Origin: an uncultured Lachnospiraceae bacterium
GTDB taxonomy: Bacteria > Bacillota > Clostridia > Lachnospirales > Lachnospiraceae
DNA length: 64,000 nt
Direction: 5' to 3'
NCBI GenBank assembly: GCA_902794825.1
Contig: CADBIU010000001.1
Location: 45,913 to 109,912 of the forward strand
Below, piece after piece: positions 19,453-29,980 of the stretch; within the stretch, counting starts at the first letter, position 1, and each line of letters opens with the position of its first letter. The translations under genes were made by a program, and so were the position numbers. Under the pieces are notes generated by a model. It worked only from the letters and a program-made list of their open reading frames with translations, did not search any database and had not been told where the DNA came from.

Positions 19453-20583
19453 TCATTCTCCGATGACCGCCGCGTTCTCCATCAGCGATCTGTCCCATCT
19501 CTCGTAAGCGGAAGCCTTAAGGTGGATCCCATCTCCCGACAGATCGGAAATAAGATCCCCGTCCGCGTCGCAGACGTAAGGGTTCATGTCGATGTAATAG
19601 ATATCCCGTCCGTTTGCCAAAGTACTGATGGCGTAATTCCTCTGACAGATCACAGTGTTGTTCCTGCAGCTGTCTGAGCTGCTCTTTTCATAAGAGACGT
19701 GCATGATCCCCTGTATATAGATCAGAGCGTCCGGCTGGTACTCCCTGATCATTTCCAGGATTTCTCTGTATTTCTCATAGAACATGTAGGTGTTGCCGAT
19801 CCCGAGTTCATTAACTCCGAGAGCGACATATACCTTTCCGAATGTATGCTCGGAGAGAATTTCTTCTACTGCCGCGTCCCATCCCTCTCCGTCATTGTCT
19901 GTGAACCACAGTTCCTTGTCAAGAATGTTGTAGACATTGATAGATTCCTTCGCGAGGAATGCGGCGTTTCCCTTGAGGCTCCCGTATTCGCATAGTCCGA
20001 CTGTCCTGGAGTCTCCTATGAACAGAGCGTCGCTGAAGTAAGATGGATCTACAGATTCCAGTTTGAAATAGATCCCGTTTTTGGCAAATATCCCCTCTGT
20101 ATCCGTGTTGTATTCGGTGTCATCAGGAGACAGAAACGCCACATTTACTACGTCGTAATCTTCTGCCTGTAAGACAGGATTGCAGACGCCTTCAGGGATC
20201 GCGTCCGTGCCTCCCCGGATCGCGTTGGAAGGGATCGTCTCCACTTTCTCCACGACAGAATCCTCAGCCTCTGTGTATTCTGCCGCAGGGTTGCCGCTTT
20301 CGGAAGCAGCCTCTTCAGTCGACGAAACAGCCGCGATCTCTTCCGCAGCGGCCTCGTCGGTTTCTTCCGCTTCCTTCGGCCTGATCAGGCTCTGCCAGGG
20401 AAAGACTCCGTCGTGGATCCCTTCCATGACCAGCGCAAGGCCCGGTTCGGTCAGGGGAGTGAACTCATATTCGCTGTACAGGCCGCTCCTGCCTGCCCAG
20501 CCTATGATTATGAGCGGGAGCGAGGTGATCACAAGCGTGCACAGCAGCGTGTACCTCCTCCACAGCATCTGTAAAAATCTCAA
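19453..20583 (-). CDS. Membrane-anchored SGNH/GDSL hydrolase or acyltransferase
   Basis: FIGDSRT, LGVNE, DGIHL blocks; N-terminal TM. Confidence 0.85.
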   Translation of the reverse strand: MRFLQMLWRRYTLLCTLVITSLPLIIIGWAGRSGLYSEYEFTPLTEPGLALVMEGIHDGVFPWQSLIRPKEAEETDEAAAEEIAAVSSTEEAASESGNPAAEYTEAEDSVVEKVETIPSNAIRGGTDAIPEGVCNPVLQAEDYDVVNVAFLSPDDTEYNTDTEGIFAKNGIYFKLESVDPSYFSDALFIGDSRTVGLCEYGSLKGNAAFLAKESINVYNILDKELWFTDNDGEGWDAAVEEILSEHTFGKVYVALGVNELGIGNTYMFYEKYREILEMIREYQPDALIYIQGIMHVSYEKSSSDSCRNNTVICQRNYAISTLANGRDIYYIDMNPYVCDADGDLISDLSGDGIHLKASAYERWDRSLMENAAVIGE

Positions 20584-20602
20584 GGAAATGTCCTCCGGTG
20601 AG

Positions 20603-21964
20603 TTAAAAACTGAAATACATAAAAGGATTGCTCTCGGAAATCGTGATCCTGTAAACAGAGAACCAGAAAACGGCCGTCAGGATCAGTATCACGGGAAGCT
20701 TTTTCCTGTTCCTTACGATCAGCCTGTACCAGTGAGGCGTGCACAGTAAAAGGCTTACCAGAAGGAAAGGCCAGTAGATCAGGATCTGTTTCATAAAATC
20801 GCCTGTGTTGACGTTGACTCCGCTTCCAAAGAACGGAAAAAGCCTCTCAAAATAGATCAGAAGATCTTTCAGGTCAGGGATCGCGAAGATCACCCATGTA
20901 AGAGGTATAAAGAACCAGACATGGAGATGTCCGATGATCGGAAACGACGAGATCAGTCCGTCTACAACGAATTTCTCCCAGATTATCAGTAAAGCCAGTA
21001 CTCCTCCCCAGATCAGGAAATTGGGAGTAATGCCGTGCCAGAGTCCTGTGAGCATCCACACGATGATAAGATTCCGTATTGTTGTCAGGTTCCCTTTCCT
21101 GCTTCCCCCGAGCGGGATATAGATATAGTCCCTGAACCACGCGCCAAGGGTAGCGTGCCATCTCCTGTAGAATTCCGCGACGCCGCACGCCCAGTAAGGG
21201 TGCACAAAGTTGACGACAAAATGGAATCCGAGCATCATGCCTATACCGGCCGCCATCAGCGAATAGCCCCAGAAGTCCATATACAGTCTCAGAGAGAAGC
21301 CTATGGCCCCCATCCAGGCAAGAGGCGTCGATATGCTCTCAAAGCCGATCTTCTCAATCTCATACCAGAGAAGGCTCAGGGGATCCGCAAGAAGGACCTT
21401 CATTCCAAGTCCGAGCACAAAAAAGAACAGGCCGTCGTTGAAAGCCTTTACGGATACAGTTCTCTCCCTCTTCTCAAATCCCACGTTGTTCCAGCGCATG
21501 ATCGGGCCCTGGGTCACCTGGGGGAACATGGTAAAATAGACCACCGTGTCTATGATATCAGGGCGCCTTGTGATCTCCCCCCTGAAAAGATCGGCCTGGT
21601 AAGAGATCATCTTAAAGAGATAGAAACTGAAGCCGAGCGGGAGCACGACCTTGTCAGAAAGCCCGGACAGAACCTTAAAGAGGATGAGCGAACCAGCGTC
21701 GATCGCGATCGCGGCGTAAAACGCCCTTTTGTTGGCAGGCTTTACTCCGCCTTTGTCGGCCGAGAATACCATCTGTCCAAGAATATAGTTGATGATAGTG
21801 AGGACCGTAAGACCCATAGCCATGCGCAGTCCGCCCATGGCATAGAAAATAATGCTCCCGAAAAACAGCACTACCTCCCTGAATCTCGCGGGCGTCAGGA
21901 AATATATGATTAAAAATATAGGGAAAAACCTGAACAGGAATGCCAGGCTGTTGAATAATATCAT
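20603..21964 (-). CDS. MBOAT family O-acyltransferase (AlgI/DltB-like)
   Basis: LPLGFSFY, FPQVTQGPI, YMDFWGYS, RRWHATLGAWFRDYIYIPLGGSR, GLWHG. Confidence 0.93.
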   Translation of the reverse strand: MILFNSLAFLFRFFPIFLIIYFLTPARFREVVLFFGSIIFYAMGGLRMAMGLTVLTIINYILGQMVFSADKGGVKPANKRAFYAAIAIDAGSLILFKVLSGLSDKVVLPLGFSFYLFKMISYQADLFRGEITRRPDIIDTVVYFTMFPQVTQGPIMRWNNVGFEKRERTVSVKAFNDGLFFFVLGLGMKVLLADPLSLLWYEIEKIGFESISTPLAWMGAIGFSLRLYMDFWGYSLMAAGIGMMLGFHFVVNFVHPYWACGVAEFYRRWHATLGAWFRDYIYIPLGGSRKGNLTTIRNLIIVWMLTGLWHGITPNFLIWGGVLALLIIWEKFVVDGLISSFPIIGHLHVWFFIPLTWVIFAIPDLKDLLIYFERLFPFFGSGVNVNTGDFMKQILIYWPFLLVSLLLCTPHWYRLIVRNRKKLPVILILTAVFWFSVYRITISESNPFMYFSF

Positions 21965-21997
21965 TTATTTACCTTCATGAAAGACCGGCCCAAAGCC

Positions 21998-23353
21998 TTA
22001 TTCACTGCTGTCTGAAATCAGGCTCCTCATCTCCCCGGCAAGATAAAGTGATCCTGCCGCGAAGACGCGGTCCTTTGTATCTCTGCCTGTGATGAATCTT
22101 TCCACTGCATCCCTTACGGATTCTGCATCGTGGATCCTCATATCAGAAGAGTATCTGCCTATATACTGCCTGAGCGTCACAGCGTCCAGGGCCCGTTTTC
22201 CGGCCATAGGAACTGCGACTATATCCGAAAATATACCGGAACGGCCGAGCATTTCCAGTTCCTTCGAATAATCTTTGTCGCTGACACAGGAAAAGAGCAG
22301 AAATGTGCGTCCGCCGTCCCTGCAGTTCTCCTTCCGGCTGCAGATCTGCCCGGCGCTTTCCAAAAAAGCCCTGATCCCGTCAGGATTGTGCGCTCCGTCG
22401 ATAAAGACCCCGGGAAGGATCTCTTCCATTCTTCCAGGCCAGAAACATCTCTCAATCCCTCGTTTAAGTATCGCAGGATCATATCTTCCTTCTTTTTTCA
22501 GCAATATACCGCAGGCTGTCGCTGACAGAGCCGCGTTTTCACACTGATAGAGCGCGTTTCCTTTCAGACTGATCCACAGATTTTTATCATAACGACTGTC
22601 CAGAGAAAAATCAATGCCATTATCGTCCGCCCGGTTCACTTTCCACATATCAGGAGAGACTTCATATATCGGCGCTCCCGTTTCGAGGGCTTTATTGCGG
22701 ATCACTTTGTACGCCTCTTCGGGTTCTGTCAGAAAGACAGCCGGACAGTTCCCGCGCAGTATCCCGGCCTTTTCGGCCGCGATCAGCGCCCTGGTATCTC
22801 CCAAAAGCGCTGTGTGGTCTAAGCCGATCCGCGTTATGACAGCCACTTCTTTGTCTTCCAATGCATTCGTAGCGTCAAGACGTCCGCCCAAACCGGTCTC
22901 CAGGACAATATAATCCGGCTTTTTCTTCGAAAACCAGAGTACTGCCATCATAAAGAGCATTTCAAAATAGAGAAGGTGCGGCAGTCCCTCCTCCCCGGCG
23001 TCGAGACACTCCTGCTTTACTCTTTCGAACAGAGTAAGAAATTCCTCCTCACGGATCATCTCTCCATCGATGCTCATTCTCTCACGGATCACTTCAAGGT
23101 GAGGTGAAATGAAAAGACCTGTGCTGAATCCCGCTTCGCGCAGACAGGACGCGATCTGCGCGCAGACACTTCCTTTTCCGTTTGTGCCTGCCACATGTAC
23201 GATCTTCATTCCTCTCTCCGGATGGCCGAATCTTTCGAGGTATTCTCTTATGTTTTCAAGCGAACTCTTTTTTGCGAACACGGGAGTGGAATTGAGATAC
23301 TCTTCCGCTTCCCGCATTCTTGTACTGAGTTCTCCGGATCTGTCACTGCTCAT
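21998..23353 (-). CDS. folC: Folylpolyglutamate synthase / dihydrofolate synthase
   Basis: HVAGTNGKGS, ETGLGGRLDATN, WPGRME, DGAHNP, GSLYL. Confidence 0.95.
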   Translation of the reverse strand: MSSDRSGELSTRMREAEEYLNSTPVFAKKSSLENIREYLERFGHPERGMKIVHVAGTNGKGSVCAQIASCLREAGFSTGLFISPHLEVIRERMSIDGEMIREEEFLTLFERVKQECLDAGEEGLPHLLYFEMLFMMAVLWFSKKKPDYIVLETGLGGRLDATNALEDKEVAVITRIGLDHTALLGDTRALIAAEKAGILRGNCPAVFLTEPEEAYKVIRNKALETGAPIYEVSPDMWKVNRADDNGIDFSLDSRYDKNLWISLKGNALYQCENAALSATACGILLKKEGRYDPAILKRGIERCFWPGRMEEILPGVFIDGAHNPDGIRAFLESAGQICSRKENCRDGGRTFLLFSCVSDKDYSKELEMLGRSGIFSDIVAVPMAGKRALDAVTLRQYIGRYSSDMRIHDAESVRDAVERFITGRDTKDRVFAAGSLYLAGEMRSLISDSSE

Positions 23354-23460
23354 GCCGGTATATTCCTTTCAGAAACCGAGATATAAGTATATGCAAAAGC
23401 GCGGTCACAGCGGCCGCGCTTTGCACTTATGATCGTTCAGTAAATTGATAGGTGGATTTA

Positions 23461-26160
23461 TCAGAGCTTTTTGAGGTTCTCCAGTTCTTCCCGGACACCC
23501 TTCATCTGCTCTTCATATGCTCTCTGTTTTTCTCTCTCCGCCTCGATCTTGGCAGCGGGCGCTTTGGCGAGGAACTTCTCATTGCTGAGCATGCCTGCGC
23601 TTCTCTTAAGTTCTCCCTGAAGCCTCTTCTCTTCCTTTTCGAGTCTTGCGATCTCCGCGGAAACATCCATAAGGTCCGCAAGCGGCAGATAGAGCGCCGC
23701 AAAAGGAAGGATCACGCTGAGCGCTCCGTCCGGGATTTCCGATTTGTCCTCGCACAGAACCGTGTCGGATGCGGAAGCCAGAGTCTCGAAGAACACCTTG
23801 TTGTCCGAGAACATGTCCAGAACTTCCTTCTTGTCGGAAACCACGAAGATCTTGGCCTTTCTCGAAGGAGCGACCTGTCTGTCGTTTCTGACTGCGCGGA
23901 CTGCGCGGACCGCGTCCTTGATATTCTCGATCGTCTCTTCCTCTTTGGAGAATCTGAAATCCTCTCTGAATATAGGCCAGGAAGAGATCATAATGGACTC
24001 TTCGCTGCTCTGCACAGTTGTAAAGATCTCCTCGGTGATGAAAGGCATATAGGGATGAAGAAGCTTGAGGCCTGTGATCAGGACCTTCTGAAGGGTCCAC
24101 AGAGCTGCCATCCTGCTGTCCTTGTCATCAGTCTTATAAAGTCTGGGCTTGACCATCTCGATATACCAGTCGCAGAACTCGTCCCACATAAAGTCGTAGA
24201 TCTTCTGGACTGCGATGCCAAGCTCGAATTTATCCATATTATCCGTCACAGCCTTAACAGTATCGTTGAGGCGGGACAGGATCCACTTGTCCTCAGGGCA
24301 GACCGCGGCAGGCACCTTATCGGCGTCGATGAGATCGCGCAGTGCGGACTCTTCCTCTGAGCCTTCCTCGGGAAGGTTCATCATGATAAATCTGGAGGCG
24401 TTCCAGATCTTGTTCGCGAAATTTCTGTTCGCGATGACTCTCTCGTCGTAGAAACGCATATCGTTACCGGGCGCGTTGCCGGTGATCAGAGTCATTCTCA
24501 GCGCGTCCGCGCCGTAGTCCCTGATGATCTGCAGAGGATCAATACCGTTTCCGAGGGACTTGGACATCTTGCGGCCCAGGGAATCCCTGACAAGTCCGTG
24601 GAAGAGTACACTCTTAAAAGGTTTCTCACCCATCTGCTCAAAGCCGGAGAAGATCATTCTGATGACCCAGAAGAAGATGATGTCATAGCCTGTGACCAGC
24701 ACATCCGTCGGATAGAAGTATTTGAGATCTTCTGTCATTTCCGGCCATCCCAGAGTGCTGAAAGGCCACAGCGCGCTGGAGAACCATGTATCGAGGGTAT
24801 CCGGATCCTGGGTGAGATGTGTGCATCCGCACTTAGGGCAGACGGAAGGAGCCTCTTTGGCGACAACCGTCTCACCGCACCCGCCGCAGTAATATGCGGG
24901 GATCCTGTGGCCCCACCAGAGCTGGCGGCTGATGCACCAGTCGCGGATGTTGTCGGTCCAGTTGAAATAGGTCTTCTCCATCCTCTTAGGGATCAGACGG
25001 ATATCGCCCTCTTTGACAGCCTTGACTGCAGGCTTAATAAGCTCGTCCATTTTAACGAACCACTGCTGCTTGATCAGCGGCTCAACTGTTGTGCCGCATC
25101 TGTCATGGGTCCCTACGTTGTGAGTGTAGTCCTCAATGCGGACTAAAAGTCCCATCTCACCGAGCTCTTTGACGATCTGCGCTCTCGCTTCATATCTGTC
25201 CATGCCGCGGAACTTGCCGCCGTTCTCATTGATGGTGGCGTCATCGTTCATGATGTTGATCTCGGGCAGGTTATGGCGCTTTCCGACCTCGAAGTCGTTG
25301 GGGTCATGAGCGGGCGTGATCTTCACGACGCCGGTTCCGAATTCCCTGTCGACATATTCGTCGGCAACGATCGGGATCTTTCTGTCAACGAAAGGAAGCC
25401 ACACATAGCGGCCGATCAGATCTTTATAGCGGTCGTCTTCAGGGTGAACCGCGACCGCGGTATCGCCGAGCATAGTTTCGGGACGCGTAGTCGCGAATTC
25501 AAGGAAAGTGGTCTTTGATACAGATCCGTCCTCTTCGATAAGGGGATATTTAATATGCCAGAAATGGCCTGCCTGTTCCTCATACTGTACTTCCGCGTCG
25601 GAAATAGAGGTGTTGCAGACGGGACACCAGTTGATGATCCTGCTGCCCTTGTAGATCCATCCCTTCTTGTACATCTTCACGAAAACTTCGGTAACGGCCT
25701 TGTTGCAGCCTTCATCCATTGTGAAGCGCTCGCGGTCCCAGTCGCATGAGGAACCGAGCTTTTTGAGCTGGTTTACGATCCTTCCGCCGTATTCCTTTCT
25801 CCAGTCCCAGCAGTACTCCAGGAACTTCTCGCGGCCCAGATCCTGCTTGCTGATCCCCTGTTCCTTGAGATTATTGATGATCTTTACTTCTGTGGCGATG
25901 GAGGCGTGGTCAGTTCCCGGCTGCCAAAGGGTATTATATCCCTGCATGCGCTTCCAGCGGATCAGGATATCCTGCATCGTATTGTCCAGGGCGTGTCCCA
26001 TATGGAGCTGTCCCGTGATATTCGGCGGGGGGATGACGATCGTGAAAGGAGTCTTTGAGTGGTCCACTTCGGCGTGAAAGTACTTCTTACCCTCCCAGTT
26101 TTTATAGATCCGGTCCTCGATTCCCTGAGGATCATAAGTCTTGGCGAGCATCTTTCGCAT
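23461..26160 (-). CDS. valS: Valine--tRNA ligase
   Basis: PPPNITGQLHMGH, KMSKS, DWCISRQLWWGH, C-terminal coiled coil. Confidence 0.98.
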   Translation of the reverse strand: MRKMLAKTYDPQGIEDRIYKNWEGKKYFHAEVDHSKTPFTIVIPPPNITGQLHMGHALDNTMQDILIRWKRMQGYNTLWQPGTDHASIATEVKIINNLKEQGISKQDLGREKFLEYCWDWRKEYGGRIVNQLKKLGSSCDWDRERFTMDEGCNKAVTEVFVKMYKKGWIYKGSRIINWCPVCNTSISDAEVQYEEQAGHFWHIKYPLIEEDGSVSKTTFLEFATTRPETMLGDTAVAVHPEDDRYKDLIGRYVWLPFVDRKIPIVADEYVDREFGTGVVKITPAHDPNDFEVGKRHNLPEINIMNDDATINENGGKFRGMDRYEARAQIVKELGEMGLLVRIEDYTHNVGTHDRCGTTVEPLIKQQWFVKMDELIKPAVKAVKEGDIRLIPKRMEKTYFNWTDNIRDWCISRQLWWGHRIPAYYCGGCGETVVAKEAPSVCPKCGCTHLTQDPDTLDTWFSSALWPFSTLGWPEMTEDLKYFYPTDVLVTGYDIIFFWVIRMIFSGFEQMGEKPFKSVLFHGLVRDSLGRKMSKSLGNGIDPLQIIRDYGADALRMTLITGNAPGNDMRFYDERVIANRNFANKIWNASRFIMMNLPEEGSEEESALRDLIDADKVPAAVCPEDKWILSRLNDTVKAVTDNMDKFELGIAVQKIYDFMWDEFCDWYIEMVKPRLYKTDDKDSRMAALWTLQKVLITGLKLLHPYMPFITEEIFTTVQSSEESIMISSWPIFREDFRFSKEEETIENIKDAVRAVRAVRNDRQVAPSRKAKIFVVSDKKEVLDMFSDNKVFFETLASASDTVLCEDKSEIPDGALSVILPFAALYLPLADLMDVSAEIARLEKEEKRLQGELKRSAGMLSNEKFLAKAPAAKIEAEREKQRAYEEQMKGVREELENLKKL

Positions 26161-26237
26161 GTTCTCTTCTCCTTGGTTGTCTTTATGGTTAAAGATGTAA
26201 AATACGTAAAGCGCCGTATTTTACGCATTATGAACAA

Positions 26238-26265
26238 AATATACCGCGTTGCACTGTTTTGTCAA
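26238..26265 (-). promoter_or_regulatory. Probable sigma-A promoter of valS
   Basis: Minus strand TTGACA-16 nt-TATATT. Confidence 0.5.
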
Positions 26266-26310
26266 TTCCCGCATTAATGATGTGCGCCTTCATTGCCGGG
26301 TCCTATAGTT

Positions 26311-26484
26311 TCAGAGAAACTGATTGCGCGCGGGGATATAGTCGTAATCCGCTTCCTTGAGCTTTCCTACGATTTTTTCCTTGTCAAGTTCAAGGTCCTC
26401 GCAGAGGGCGTCCAGAGTCGGATAATGGTCTCTGAGCTTCATATTGAGAAAGCTGGCGAGCATATCGGGATCTTCAGGCAGCAT
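26311..26484 (-). CDS. DUF4250-like small protein
   Basis: MLPEDPDMLASFLNMKLRD...YDYIPARNQF with GGAGG RBS; it is the 3' part of track ORF 26311..26865. Confidence 0.8.
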   Translation of the reverse strand: MLPEDPDMLASFLNMKLRDHYPTLDALCEDLELDKEKIVGKLKEADYDYIPARNQFL

Positions 26485-26587
26485 GATCTCCTCCTTCTTT
26501 TTTTCAAACTGCGGTGCAGAATTCTTCTGATAATGATATAATACATATTCGCAACGTAAACAATTGTACCATAAATTGTGAGTTACT

Positions 26588-27325
26588 ATGACAGAAACTT
26601 CCAAAGAATCAAGAGAAAATGCAGTATCAGCTCCACAGATGCCCTGGTTTGTCAGGGGGCTTCGGGACGGGATCCCTATCTGTATGGGATATTTTGCCGT
26701 TTCGTTTGCATTGGGGATCACAGCCCGAGGCGTCGGAATGAACGCACTGCAGGCAGGCCTGATGTCCCTGGGAATGGTGGCCTCAGCCGGAGAATACGCG
26801 GCGATCGTCCTGATCGGATCCTCCGCCGGCGTTTTTGAGATGATCACTACCTGTATCGTGGTCAATCTCAGGTATTTTTTGATGAGTTGTTCGCTGTCGC
26901 AAAAGCTCAGCCCGGATCTGCCTTTTTATCACCGTTTTATGCTTCCCTACTGCATCACCGACGAGATCTTCGGTCTCTCATCAGCAGTACAGGGATGGCT
27001 TGATCCCACTTACTCCTACGGCATGACGGTCATCTCGGTTGCCGGCTGGACTACCGGAACTGTTCTCGGCGTCCTCTTAGGCAATATAATGCCCGCCTGG
27101 GCCGTTAACGCGCTCAGCGTCTCCCTGTACGGCATGTTCCTGGCGATCATCATCCCTCCCGCGAGAAAAGACAGGTTTATCGCCGGTCTGGTGGTCATCT
27201 CCATGGCTGCAAGCGGGCTGTTCTCAGTCCTGCCCCTGTTAAGCGGGATTACGAGCGGCTTTAAGGTGATCATTTTAACGCTCCTGATCGCAGGCGCGGC
27301 TGCCTTCATCCATCCCATTGAATAA
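26588..27325 (+). CDS. azlC: AzlC family branched-chain amino acid exporter
   Basis: GLRDGIPICMGY, VNLRY, ITDEIF; hydrophobic. Confidence 0.9.
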   Translation: MTETSKESRENAVSAPQMPWFVRGLRDGIPICMGYFAVSFALGITARGVGMNALQAGLMSLGMVASAGEYAAIVLIGSSAGVFEMITTCIVVNLRYFLMSCSLSQKLSPDLPFYHRFMLPYCITDEIFGLSSAVQGWLDPTYSYGMTVISVAGWTTGTVLGVLLGNIMPAWAVNALSVSLYGMFLAIIIPPARKDRFIAGLVVISMAASGLFSVLPLLSGITSGFKVIILTLLIAGAAAFIHPIE

Positions 27326-27641
27326 GGAGATTATTATGAATCCGGGAATTTATCTTTCGCTTCTGATCATGTGCCTTACAGTGTACTGCATCAGGATGCT
27401 CCCCTTTCTTGTGTTCAGAAAAGAGATCACGAACCGCTGGCTCCGCTCTTTCCTCTACTATGTGCCTTATGTCACTCTCGCGGTCATGACCTTCCCCGCG
27501 ATAGTCACGGCTACAGACAACATCTGGTCCGGGATCGCGGCACTGGTCGTAGGACTTCTGGCCGCATGGTTCAACGGAGACCTTTTCTTTGTAGCTGTAT
27601 CCTGCTGCGCGACCGTTTTTTTGACGGGTCTGTTCCTCTGA
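27318..27641 (+). CDS. azlD: AzlD family protein
   Basis: YCIRMLPF, FLYYVPY; follows azlC (ATG 27336 may be the true start). Confidence 0.88.
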   Translation: MNKEIIMNPGIYLSLLIMCLTVYCIRMLPFLVFRKEITNRWLRSFLYYVPYVTLAVMTFPAIVTATDNIWSGIAALVVGLLAAWFNGDLFFVAVSCCATVFLTGLFL

Positions 27642-27776
27642 AGGCATGTTCCGCCAGAAGTGTTCGTTTATTATTTTTTTATACTATTTTTTCCTTTTCT
27701 TTCTTGCAATCGCTATTCTATTATCTACAATTAATACGAATAGCAAACCTTACGATAAAGGGACGTGATAATACAT

Positions 27777-28184
27777 ATGTTTAATGAACTCAGATATCGT
27801 TTTTCCAAATTTATGCAGGGAAGATACGGAGTAGACAGCCTTTCCCGCTTTCTCTCCGTGGTGCTTCTGGCCGTCATAATCCTTAGAATGTTTATAAGGA
27901 TCCCTCTTTCCGGAACGATCACCCTCGTGATCCTTGTGATCCTTTACTGGAGAATGTTTTCCAGGAATATTCCCAAGAGATATGAGGAGAACCAGAAGTT
28001 CCTTCAGATCAGGGATAAGCTTTTAGGGCGCTTCTCTGATTTTGGCAGCAACATGTCGCAGATGAAGGATTACCACATCTACAAATGCCCCAGATGCAAC
28101 CAGAAGATCCGTATCCCCAGGGGGAAGGGACATATCATGGTGAGGTGCCCCAAATGCGGATACGAATTCCACAAGAAAAGCTGA
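27777..28184 (+). CDS. Membrane protein with a C-terminal zinc ribbon
   Basis: FMQGRYGVD, two TMs, CPRC...RIPRGKG...CPKC. Confidence 0.82.
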   Translation: MFNELRYRFSKFMQGRYGVDSLSRFLSVVLLAVIILRMFIRIPLSGTITLVILVILYWRMFSRNIPKRYEENQKFLQIRDKLLGRFSDFGSNMSQMKDYHIYKCPRCNQKIRIPRGKGHIMVRCPKCGYEFHKKS

Positions 28185-28189
28185 CTTAA

Positions 28190-28217
28190 GCGGCCGGTTC
28201 ACCGGCCGTTTTTCTTT
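28190..28217 (+). terminator. Intrinsic terminator
   Basis: GCGGCCGG-TTCA-CCGGCCGT followed by a T run. Confidence 0.8.
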
Positions 28218-28279
28218 GTAAATTCATTATCTTGTGTTTATAATATCCTTCAAAGATAACTTATGGTAAGGAGTCCTAT

Positions 28280-29182
28280 ATGTTCGGATATGTAGTCGTC
28301 AGCGAACAGGATCTTAAGATCCGCGAGTTCAATCTGTACCGCTCCTATTACTGCGGAATGTGCATGGATCTCAAGGAGAACTACGGACAGACAGGAAGAC
28401 TGACACTTAGTTATGACACTGTTTTTCTCGCGCTTCTTCTTACAAGCCTTTATGAGCCGGAGGATCTGGTACGCGATATCCGCTGCGCAGTCCATCCGGT
28501 GGAGAAGCACAGGACGAGACAGAATGATTACACGCGCTACGCCGCGGATATCAATATCATACTCTCCTACTATTCCTGTCTGGACGACTGGAATGACGAA
28601 AAGGATCCGAAGAAGAAAATGTTCGCCGCGTTGCTTAAAAGCAAAAGTGAAAGGGCCTGTGCGCTCTATCCCGAGAAAGCCGCCGTTATCCGCGGGAAGC
28701 TCTCTGAGCTCAGTGAACTTGAAAAGAGAGCCGGAAGCCGGGAAGAGCCTGACCTAACGCCGGCGGCACTCCTTGACAGAACGGGCAGTATCTTCGGAGA
28801 TCTTCTGGCGGAAGTGTTCGACTGCAGAAAGGATACATGGAGCCCGGCTCTTAGAAGGGTCGGCTTTAATCTCGGAAAATTCATCTATATTCTGGACGCT
28901 TACGACGACCTGGAAAAAGATGAAAAGAACGGAAGCTTTAATCCCCTTCTCAGCATGAAAGACAAGCCCCATCTCGACGACTATGTCCGCGGCGTCCTCA
29001 CTATGACTCTCTCGGACTGTACAGGAGCATTTGAGACGCTTCCTGTCGTAGAAAATATTGATATCCTTCGAAATATATTGTATTGTGGGATATGGTGTAA
29101 ATTTGAAGAAGTATACAGGAAGCGCACCGGAGTAATGGAAAACTCCGCTGATTCCACGGAAAGGACCCCACAAGATGAGTGA
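28280..29182 (+). CDS. DUF5685-like protein
   Basis: [39 protein letters not shown]. Confidence 0.78.
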   Translation: MFGYVVVSEQDLKIREFNLYRSYYCGMCMDLKENYGQTGRLTLSYDTVFLALLLTSLYEPEDLVRDIRCAVHPVEKHRTRQNDYTRYAADINIILSYYSCLDDWNDEKDPKKKMFAALLKSKSERACALYPEKAAVIRGKLSELSELEKRAGSREEPDLTPAALLDRTGSIFGDLLAEVFDCRKDTWSPALRRVGFNLGKFIYILDAYDDLEKDEKNGSFNPLLSMKDKPHLDDYVRGVLTMTLSDCTGAFETLPVVENIDILRNILYCGIWCKFEEVYRKRTGVMENSADSTERTPQDE

Positions 29183-29915
29183 TCCGTATAAAGTTCTCGG
29201 CGTTGAGAGAGACGCCTCAGACGATGAGATCAAGAAAGCATACCGGGCTATGAGCAAGAAATATCACCCGGACGCCAATATCAATAATCCCAATAAAGAT
29301 AAGGCTGAGGAGATGTTCAAGCTAGTCCAGGAAGCGTATCAGCAGATCATCTACGAGAGGCAGCATCCTTATGCGTCTGCCGGCAGCCAGAGTTATGGAA
29401 ACACAAATACAGGAAGCAATACTACTTACGCTGGCGGTTCGGGCTACAACGGCCAGTTCTATACCAGTTGGGAAGATTTCTTCAACGATTTCTTCGCCGG
29501 CGCGTACGGCGGCCAGTATCAGCAGCAGTATAATCCGACAATGAACAGCGACTATCAGAGATATATGAACGCTGCGGCCAGTTACATTAACGCAAGGCGC
29601 TACAATGAGGCTATCAACGTCCTCAGCAATGTCGAGGATCACAGCGCTCTCTGGTTCTACTACAGCGCTATCGCAAACGCCGGACTCGGAAATCACGCCC
29701 AGGCTTTGGAATACGCCACGACTGCAGCGAGGATGGAGCCGAACAACTACTCCTATCAGAACCTGGTCACACAGCTCAGCAGGGGCAGCAACATGTATCA
29801 GCAGCGTGAGACCAACTACGTCCAGCCTTATAACAGCGGCGGATGGTGTCTCAGGCTCTGCCTGCTCAACATGTTTCTCAATCTTTTCTGCGGCGGAAGG
29901 TTCTTCTGCTGCTGA
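29175..29915 (+). CDS. J-domain protein with TPR and Cys-rich C-terminus
   Basis: DPYKVLGV...KYHPD J-domain; TPR-like helices; tail [23 protein letters not shown]. Confidence 0.88.
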   Translation: MSDPYKVLGVERDASDDEIKKAYRAMSKKYHPDANINNPNKDKAEEMFKLVQEAYQQIIYERQHPYASAGSQSYGNTNTGSNTTYAGGSGYNGQFYTSWEDFFNDFFAGAYGGQYQQQYNPTMNSDYQRYMNAAASYINARRYNEAINVLSNVEDHSALWFYYSAIANAGLGNHAQALEYATTAARMEPNNYSYQNLVTQLSRGSNMYQQRETNYVQPYNSGGWCLRLCLLNMFLNLFCGGRFFCC

Positions 29916-29931
29916 TCACAGATCAAATAAT

Positions 29932-29966
29932 AAGGAGGCTGACGCGTATGTGACAGCCTCCTTTTT
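29932..29966. terminator. Intrinsic terminator between convergent genes
   Basis: AAGGAGGCTG-N-CAGCCTCCTTTTTT. Confidence 0.8.
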
Positions 29967-29980
29967 TGCTCGAATTAAGG

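Noticed and set aside
26161-26240. T-box leader for valS
   Set aside because: Leader is only about 70 nt with one hairpin (GTAAAATACG/CGTATTTTAC); no T-box sequence or terminator
26485-26865. N-terminal extension of ORF 26311..26865
   Set aside because: Overlaps azlC in antisense; a good RBS supports the start at 26484
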